NCBI GenBank assembly: GCA_951406725.2 | Contig: OX597821.1 | Span: forward strand, 70,494,001-70,558,000 | Direction of reading: 5' to 3' | Length of the DNA: 64,000 nucleotides | Source: Octopus vulgaris | Lineage: Eukaryota | In this document: in pieces, positions 54,732 through 64,000 of the stretch | Numbering within the stretch: position 1 is the first letter of the stretch | Layout of the letters: each line of letters starts with the position of its first letter | Notes under the pieces: model-generated | Told to the model about the DNA's origin: nothing | Databases searched by the model: none | What the model saw: only the letters and a program-made list of their open reading frames with translations | Translations under genes and position numbers: made by a program

Positions 54732-54802
54732 GCCATGATAAAACTCCGAGTTTCGGTTGTCGGGGCGGAAACCCGCGCCGGCATCTCTTCAGTTATCGGG
54801 CC
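54732..54802 (-). ncRNA. Type I hammerhead ribozyme, canonical core, long GC-rich stem II
   Basis: gataa-CTGAAGA-gatgccggcgcgggtttccgccccgacaacc-GAAA-CTCGGAG-TT^-ttatc; stem I gataa/ttatc, near-palindromic stem III. Confidence 0.75.
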
Positions 54803-55303
54803 ATCGAAAAATATGCTATTCAAAAGAAATATTTTCATGAATTGAACAGCGACTGCTGCCATCCACTGAGGGTCATTTTCGGGGCAGCAGCTGACCAATC
54901 AACATACTATTGTCATGGCACTCACGCATTCTTCTTCTTCTTCTTCTTCTTCTTCTTCTTCTTCTTCTTCTTCTTCTTCTTCTTCTTCTTCTTCTTCTTC
55001 TTCTTCTTCTTCTTCTTCTTCTTCTTCTTCTTCTTCTTCTTCTTCTTCTTCTTCTTCCCTCCCAAGAATTCACAACGACCTCGAACCCACAACAGTAAAC
55101 AAGAGAGACAGAAACAGGCAGAAACAAGGAAAATGCCCCTTGTATTTGAACACTATACAAATATTCTTTTAAAAAAACATTTCTTTTAATTTTTCTAAAT
55201 TCAATTGTTTAATTGTTACCGTTGAAAAAGTCTCAATAACTGAAACCGGTACTGAAATTTTTTTTTATAAAAATATTTTAGCATTTTCTATCTTGACTTT
55301 TTT

Positions 55304-55349
<46 letters not shown>

Positions 55350-55679
55350 CAATTTGAAAAATCCACCAGAATGGACGAAAGCGCTAATATATGATATATG
55401 ATATAAGTTATATGATGTATAAAAATATGTAATATACAAATAAATATCTGTAAATATAAAACCATCCGAATTTCTGATTATTTCATTTCTCCTAATATAG
55501 AATAACTGTACATCATCTCCAAACCTTCTAACATATATACATATATATATATATATATATATCGAAATTGCTAGGATGATCCGGTTCTTGACTGAAGATT
55601 GAAGGCTTCGAATGTCCCGTCCGTGTTTTTTGTATCGTCTTCTAAATGTTTTACGTTCTTGTCCCAGTTTGTATTTTTC

Positions 55680-55729
<50 letters not shown>

Positions 55730-56329
55730 TTAATAAGGGTGAGAGAATTAGATACTAATTTAATAGTATATTTATTCCACACCAAGTGGCCTAGTGCTAC
55801 GAGAAACCTGGATTATTATAATATTTTATAACATATTATAATATTTTCACAAAATAAATATAAGAGAGTGTTCACTATATTGATCACTCTAGCACCAGTT
55901 AATCCAAGAGGTTTCAACCACGAAAAATACATGCTTCCCATGAAAGCCGGTACGAAGACAAAGAGAGAGAGAGAGAGAGAGGGAAAGAGAGAGAGAGAAA
56001 CGCGAGTGCTCGTAAGCCACTGCTGGCTCATCAATACATACCTCTGTACGTATATCTCTCTATGCTTTCTCACACTCACCGACTCATAAACACAGAGAAA
56101 CATCTATGAAAGGCAGTGAGTGTGTGTGTCTTTGTGTGTTGCGTAGGTGTGAGTGAGATACACCATAAACAGGGCGTGGAAGTAATTACAGGATTATACA
56201 CACACAAATAGAAAGTCACAAAACTCACACGCTCATATATGCACATATACACATACATATATAAACACACACACATATATATATATCTGTGTATATGTGT
56301 GTATGTGTGTGGGTGTGGGTGTGTGCAAA

Positions 56330-56775
56330 CGCAGGAGTGGTTGTATGGTTACACGTCTGCTTCCTAACCACTTGGTTCTGGGTTCAATCCTACTGCGTGG
56401 CACACTGGGCAGGTGTCTCCTGCTATATATTGGTAAGCGGATTTGGTAGACAGAAACTGAATGAAGCCTCTGGTACATGTCTTTTGTGTGCGCGCGTGAG
56501 TGTATATGTGTGTGTGTGTGTGTGTGTCAGTGTGTGTGTGTGTATGTGTGTGTGTCTGTGTGTCTCTGTTTGTCCCCCCACCACTGCACGACAACCGGTG
56601 TTCGTATATTTACGCCCCTGTAATGTAGCAGTTTGGCAAAAGAGTCCGATAGACTAATCAGCAGTCTTTGAAAACATAATAATCACCGCGGTCGATTCGT
56701 TCGATAAAAATTCATGAAGGCGGTGCCCCAGTATGGCCGCAGTCTGATAACTGGAACAAGTAAAAGGGAAAAGAC
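56330..56775 (+). mobile_element. SINE family 1 copy
   Basis: gcaggagtggttgtatggtt...gggttcaatcctactgcgtggcac...ccagtatggccgcagtc. Confidence 0.8.
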
Positions 56776-56857
56776 ATACCTACACTCAGACACCATCACA
56801 CACAGGCATATATACATACATACATATATATATCTACTCTTACTCTCTTTTTCCCTC

Positions 56858-57053
56858 TCTTTTACTTGTTTCAGTCATTTGACTGCGGCCATGCTGGAGC
56901 ACCGCCTTTAATCGAGCAACTCAACCCGGGGACTTATTCTTTGTAAGCCCAGTACTTATTCTATTGGTCTCTTTTGCCGAACCGCTAAGTGACGGGGACA
57001 TAAACACACCAGCATCGGTTGTCAAGCAATGCTAGGGGGACAAACACAGACAC

Positions 57054-57090
<37 letters not shown>

Positions 57091-57239
57091 TACGACGGAC
57101 TTCTTTCAAATCCACTCACAAGGCTTTGGTCGGCCCGAGGCTATAGTAGAAGACACTTGCCCAAGGTGCCACGCAGTGGGACTGAACCCGGAACCATGTG
57201 GTTGGTAAACAAGCTACTTACCACACAGCCACTCCTGCG

Positions 57240-57241
<2 letters not shown>
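56858..57241 (-). mobile_element. SINE family 1 copy, well preserved
   Basis: Reverse complement of head and tail, with a small internal deletion. Confidence 0.85.
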
Positions 57242-57303
<62 letters not shown>

Positions 57304-57355
57304 TAAATATATACATATATATATTTATGTATGTCTACAGGTATATATGTGTATG

Positions 57356-57449
<94 letters not shown>

Positions 57450-58219
57450 TATTCATACACCACACATATACACAAACAAACAAGTCGTACTTACACACAT
57501 GTTAATGTTTAAATGCACAAAGTCTTGCTTATTTATGTGTACCCGTCAGCAGACATACTTCACACGTCGATTGTGTTGGCATGCCAAAGTATGTATGAAG
57601 CGCGTATGAATATGCGTCTGTGTACGTGCGTGGGTGCGTGTGTATGTGTGTGTGTGTGGGTCTCCGTGTGTGAGTTCATAGAAGTATATGAGTACATATG
57701 AGTCTTAGTAGTGATATAAAGTTCAACATAAGCTTTGCTTGTCTCCAATCTTTACTTGATCTATTAAAACGATGTTGACATCACCTTCCAATCTAAGTGT
57801 TCTTACATAAAAATAAAAATCATGAAAGAAAAACCGAGAAATTGAACAGAGCTAAGAAAACGAAAACCGTCTGCTCCATCACACAGCTTACTCCTCGATC
57901 CCACCATTCCTTTCTTTCGTTTCAATGTTCCCTGCTTTTTGTATTTTTCATAACCTGTGTTACATTCTAAGAGGTCCGACCCACTAGCTTGGATTTGCTC
58001 TCGGCGTACGGCGAGGGGCGAACTATCACACTTTTCGGGGTTAGAGGCCACGTCAATTTCACTAAACACCTGTGCCTTAACCTTCAACCAAATAACATGC
58101 CTCTTAACTCTTATATACACACACACACACGTGCTCCGCAAGGCACGTTCTACAGCAAAAAGACAGCATGCACACACACACACGCATACACAAACAGCGT
58201 ACACTTATGTACGTATGTT

Positions 58220-58256
<37 letters not shown>

Positions 58257-58372
58257 GCGTGTTCATATATGCATGTATGTATATGTGTGTGTGTATGCAT
58301 GTTTGCATATACATACACAAACATAAATTTAGACAATTATACATACATATACACATACGCACACATATATGT

Positions 58373-58434
<62 letters not shown>

Positions 58435-58435
58435 T

Positions 58436-58485
<50 letters not shown>

Positions 58486-58638
58486 AACACACGGGTACAT
58501 ATACACGCATACATACATAAATGCATACAAAATACAGTGAAGACATACATGTACATACGTGTGCGTGCGTGTGTATATTTTCCCGTGTATATCTCTGTAA
58601 AGATCTCCATACAAACGCACGCACGCTCACACACGCAC

Positions 58639-58684
<46 letters not shown>

Positions 58685-58839
58685 GTGTACAAATGCAAAC
58701 ATATATACGCATAAAATCATTATAAATATACACACCGGTCGCTTGTTCTTGGCTAATTTCAAAGAAAACAAACATTGGCAAACCATTCCTATGTAAAGAA
58801 TCTTCTGTGAGGTATCATGATGGCCTTTTAGATTTTCAA

Positions 58840-58926
<87 letters not shown>

Positions 58927-59319
58927 AGATGTGATGGTGGCGGGGATGCTGAGTTTTGCAGAGGTGGCTAAAGGGTAGTCTAAGCAAGTAAGAGGTGAAT
59001 AGAAACTACGGGACACACAGACTCATATATATATTGAGAGAGAGAGAGAGAGAGAGAGAGGTGGTGGTGGAGGTGGTAGTGGTGATGGTGGTGATGGTGA
59101 TGGTGATGATGATGATGAAACAAACAAACATGGCTAAAGAGTCTTAACTAAAAGCTGGAGAAAAGTGTATTAGGTTATTGTTATCGTATGTCTTCTATTC
59201 TCTTATTCTTTTTTATTCTCTTATTCTTTTTATTCTCTTATTCTTTTTATTCGCTTTTATGATTTTATGCGGCTGCACCTATTTCAAGGATTCTTTATTC
59301 CTTTTACCATTTGTCTTCA

Positions 59320-59730
59320 ACGTTTGCTTGTTTCAGCCATTGGACTGCGTTCGTTTTGGGGCACCGTCTTGAAGGCTTAGTCTTGAAGGCTTAGTCGAAC
59401 AAATCGACCCATGAATCTATTTTTAAGTGTGGTAGGTATTCTATCATTCCTTTTGTCGAACCGCTATGTTACTAGTATGCAAACAAACCATGACTAGTTG
59501 TGAATCGATAGAGCGAAACAAACACGAGACACACTCACACACGCGTGTGCGTGCATACACACACACAAACATATGTGCGCACGCGTGTGTGTGTGTTTAA
59601 TATACGATGGGCTTTCACACAATTTCCAACGACGAAACTCACAAGATTTGGAGTAAGCCCGGGGCTATTGTAGAAAACATTTGCCCATAGTGGCACGCAT
59701 TGGGATTGAACCACGTAGTTGTAAGGCAAC
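59320..59730 (-). mobile_element. SINE family 1, diverged
   Basis: tgtttcagccattggactgcg...ttgtcgaaccgcta...ttgcccatagtggcacgcattgggattgaacc. Confidence 0.65.
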
Positions 59731-59879
59731 CTTAAAACTTATTTTGATTTTATCGATATTCTAAGGGACGAAAGATGACACTCACATGATTCATACGTAT
59801 CTTGGGTACTTTTTGTTCTGTTAAATTTCGCTGATATAAACGATTAAACAAACGATGAAATACAAATAGTGTGTGTGTG

Positions 59880-60088
59880 TTTCAAATTTTGGCACAAGGC
59901 CTGCAATTTCGGAGGCAGGGATAAGTCGGTTACATGAACGCTAGTCTTCAGCAAGAACTTCTATTATCGACCCCGAAATGATGAAAGACATTGTCGACCT
60001 TGGCGGAATTTGAGCAGAGAACACAAAGACGGATGAAATACCGCTAAGCATCTATACCGGCATGCTAACGATTCTACCAGATCGCCGC
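59880..60088 (-). mobile_element. SINE family 2
   Basis: atcgaccccgaaatgatgaaagac...ggcggaatttgagcagagaac...gctaacgattctaccag. Confidence 0.75.
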
Positions 60089-60452
60089 TGCCAGGGATCA
60101 TTCTCAAATATTTTTCGGTTCCATTTTTTTTATCATTCCTAAAGCTCTTAATATCACTGGTATTGTAACCCTTTTGAGGGGCTACATTTTTTCGATTTCA
60201 ATGAGCAAATCTTTATATTTTCTGAACTTTATTATTTTGGCTATTTTTTATTTTTATTTTTATTTTTTACTTTTGTATGTTATGTCCCCACTTTTCCAGT
60301 GTATACTTTCCGTGTATATTTTAGTATTTTTTGTATTTATTTTATTTTTATCATTATATGTAAACCTCCACACTTTATGTCTGTTTTTCTGTACTGCCCC
60401 CCCATCATCCTTCGCCTTTGTGGTAAATAAATGAAATTATTATTATTATTAT

Positions 60453-60495
<43 letters not shown>

Positions 60496-60497
60496 GA

Positions 60498-60705
60498 AGG
60501 CGGCTATCTGGCAAAATCGTTAGCACGCCGGGCGAAATGCTTAGAAGTATTTCGCCCGTCTCCATGTTCTGAGTTCAAATTAGGCCGAGGTCGACTTTGC
60601 CTTTCATCCTTTCGGGGTCGATAAATTTAGTATCAGTGAAACACTGGGATCGATGCAATCGACTAGTTCCCTCCCCAAAATTTCAGGCTCTATGCCTATA
60701 GTAGA
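60498..60705 (+). mobile_element. SINE family 2
   Basis: ggcggctatctggcaaaatcgttagcacgccgggcg...gagttcaaat...gcctttcatcctttcggggtcgataaa. Confidence 0.85.
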
Positions 60706-61147
60706 AATTATTATTATTATTATTATTAGAAAGGGAGCGGATGATATCAGAAATGGTTGATGATAAGTTTAACTGTATTTTCTTCAACATTTTTTCTTTG
60801 GCTCCTCCGCCATTGGTTACATTCTGGTTGTGCCTTACACCTTTCCAAGAAAGTTTTCTTAACATTTACATGAAATGTCCTATCTATAATAACAATTACC
60901 TGTTAGGAAAACTTTTCAGCCGTTCGCTTTATAAACTTGCAGAAATTTACGCCTGATCACATCACACACATCCAAATATGCACAGGGAAGCGTTTATGTA
61001 TGTATATGTGTATGTGTGTGTGTGTGTGTGTGCGTGTGTGTATGTGTGTGTGTGTGTGTGCATATGTGTGTTCATATATATATATATATATATAGATAGA
61101 TAGATAGATAGATAGATAAGTGGTACAACAAGGCACCAATATTTTGT

Positions 61148-61189
<42 letters not shown>

Positions 61190-61859
61190 TGACTGTCCTT
61201 GTATAAATGTATATATGTATGTGCGTGTATATATACTCACTCATATGCGCACGCATGCACTGACGCGCATGCCGCCTCAGCTCATTCAATCTGTCAAAAA
61301 TAAACCACTTCTCCTCGATTCGGTGACAACAATTAAAATCTTGTCAGTTCAGTCCGGAGCGTCTCTAATTGAAAACGTTCTTTTCAACGTCCGTTACGAC
61401 TGAACATAACATTGAATTTTCCATTTTCCGTTATCATTTCATTAGCATTGATAGACAGGTAATATTAATTTTCACTTTAAACTCACCATTTGCTCGTGGC
61501 TCTTTCTGTCTGCCATTCAAATTATGAGAAATTAATATAAAAATACCTACGACCAAAAGCTTCACCGGAAAAGCCTCAACACGACTCGGTGTAGTCTTGA
61601 GATTGAAATAAATAACAATGGCAGTTATGAAACAAACAGAACGGTGAGAGTTTGTCTTCGACAGAATATAGGCAGAGTGAGTTGCGGCATGGGGATAGGG
61701 TGTGACTATGTGTGTGTGTGTGTGTGTGTGTGCCTATCTGTGTGTGTGTGTATGCCCGTGCGCGCGCGTTTGGTATTGTTAAGCATGTGCATGTCTCGTT
61801 TTCCTCAGGAGAGTTATCAAATCAATACACAAACACACCACCACCACCAACAACAACAA

Positions 61860-61990
<131 letters not shown>

Positions 61991-62282
61991 GTCTTTCCTT
62001 TATTCACCACTGAACCCTTATATAAAAGATTGGGGTCGACAAAGGGCAACACAATACAAAAAGATTGGGATTTAATCGTGTAAGAAGGTAATAACAGTAA
62101 AATCATAACAAATAAATCCCCAAAGAGAGAGAGGTTTCCAAGGGCTGCTCGTGAAAACCCTGCAAAAACCATAATCGTCCTGACTTCGATCTAGAGGCGC
62201 ATGCTTAAAGTTCACTCTCGCCATTCCCGCTACATTCACCCATCGTCACTCATACCCTCAACTAGCCCACTATAGAAATCTT

Positions 62283-62705
62283 GGTACTGGTTCTCATGGC
62301 TTCTGATTACAACTGATTGGAAGTGTTATCATGTACATGTTTTGTCTTGGTATAAAAGATGGGCTACAACAAATATTCTGCCCAATACCACAGATTTGCT
62401 TATCAGTTGCTTAACTTTTACCAGTTGAACATTTCCCTTAAATGTTGACGATATGTGCATCTCTAATCACAAGCAGAAGTAGTGGGGGTAGCATCATAGC
62501 CATGTGTTGAGAGGAATTCTTTGGGGTTTGGATAATTCACCTTTGGAAACGTGGGTATTTCGTTCCACATCCTCGGAACAACCCTTGTTCAAAGACCTTT
62601 TGAGTGAGATGGGTTACTCGACCAGAAGAAAATTCTAACTAGGGTCTACTTGCATTAAGCTGTTTATCTTGATATGAGATCACCATGTAACGCACTTATG
62701 GTGAT
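62283..62705. repeat. Third, truncated copy of the ~560-bp repeat
   Basis: ctcatggcttctgat...aactgattggaagtgttatcatg...gatcaccatg. Confidence 0.8.
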
Positions 62706-62779
62706 TGGTATAGCTTTCAATCTCTAAATTGGGAGCTGAACCTCCCAGGATGTAGCATATATATATATATATATTTTGC

Positions 62780-62892
62780 ATATTTTTCGCCTCGTCTCTC
62801 TGGAGAGTAGAGCCTCAGTTCTTCTAGCCTTTCCGAATAGCTCATTTGTTGCACCGAATCAATCTTCTTTGTGTATTGGCGTTAGATTGTCT
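62780..62892 (-). pseudogene. CR1-like LINE fragment
   Basis: RQYTKKIDSVQQMSYSERLEELRLYSPERR. Confidence 0.6.
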
Positions 62893-63256
62893 CTGGTATA
62901 TTCGTACAAACACACACGCACACACACATGCTAGTATGTGTGTATACAGCCCCACACGACTGGTAGCCTATCAGCAGATAGGTTCTCTATTGTATCTCTA
63001 AGCCCCTGTGGCAAATGAGCAATTATTATTATTATTGTCACCCATCTTGTTTTTCTTGTTATTGCTGCTGTTAATGCAACGGTTTTATATTTCTGCTTGT
63101 TTCGTATAAATTCTTTTTAATAATATTCTAATTGCTGCAACCAGCCCACACAGATTGTTGTTTAAGTTAACTGCTCGAAATTGATTCGGTTCACCTATCA
63201 AAATGTCATGTATCATCATCATCATCATGATTATTATTATTATTATTATCATTATT

Positions 63257-63595
63257 CAGTAGTTTTATTTTTATAGCGTGCTTTCACTTCACTACCGAGC
63301 GCAGCTCTGTGTGCCTTGGGTATGTGCTGTAATTTGTTGTGATGCTCTGATGGTTATTGTATGGAAAGTGTTCTGCGTAGGATGTGTGCAGTGCCTAGTA
63401 GTACAATTTTCTGTATGTTATATGTGTTTGTAAGTCCTGGTGTTTTTGTTATGTATTTATCTGAATATTTTTTTTATCATGCCTAATGCACCTACTATGA
63501 TAGGAATTGTTTCTGCTTTTCAGATTCCACATTCTAGTTACCTCTATTTCCAGGTCTTAGTATTTTGAGAGTTTCTCCATTTCTTTTAGAGACAC

Positions 63596-63596
<1 letters not shown>
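63257..63596 (-). mobile_element. R4/Dong-type LINE 3' end in (TAA)n, same family as 26630-27072
   Basis: Near-identical to 26630-26970; SLKEMEKLSKY*DLEIEV. Confidence 0.9.
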
Positions 63597-63641
<45 letters not shown>

Positions 63642-64000
63642 ATAATTATTATTATTATTACTATTATTATTGGTGTTATTGATGTTGCTGTTGTTGTTGA
63701 CGAAGTACTTGTTCTACACGTTCCTCCTCCTCCTCCTCCTCCTCCCGCTAACATCTAGCTTTGAAATAGCGTTCCTTCTTGAGTGTGCTTCGTGGCGCTG
63801 CACTTTGGGAGGCAGCTGTTTGAGAGGCAGAGGAAGAGAGAGAATAAGGGGAAAGAGAAGGGGGGGGGAATGTCAGTGCACATTATGTTAAGACATGCAA
63901 CTGCAGCTGCCCTTTTAAATTGCATCAGTGTTCCCAACAAGCCTTCTCCAGTTCTGGACCTTCATTCGAGATACAATTATTTTCCTTGATAAAGAAATAT

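Overview
AT-rich, microsatellite-saturated eukaryotic DNA with no convincing host protein-coding gene. The SINE families and simple-repeat load look like a coleoid cephalopod, most likely Octopus (inference from repeat recognition). Nearly all ORF-track entries are translated microsatellites. The real content is transposable-element debris: two abundant tRNA-derived SINE families, a full-length mariner plus fragments, a Merlin (IS1016/ISXO2-like) element with TIRs and an 8-bp TSD, R4/Dong-type LINE ends in (TAA)n arrays, RTE 3' ends, CR1/jockey fragments, an ORF1-only LINE-like element and a Penelope-like (GIY-YIG) fragment. The main unexplained signal is a dense set of short elements, mostly in (TA)n tracts, carrying minimal type I hammerhead-ribozyme motifs with palindromic stem III: roughly 15-20 motifs from at least 6 families. 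They include core variants (U3-A8 compensatory pair; A6U), head-to-tail dimers, long head-to-head palindromes, and one tRNA-headed SINE with a canonical hammerhead in its tail. I infer a family of non-autonomous, Penelope-mobilised ribozyme retroelements. All folds were read by eye and none has been tested.
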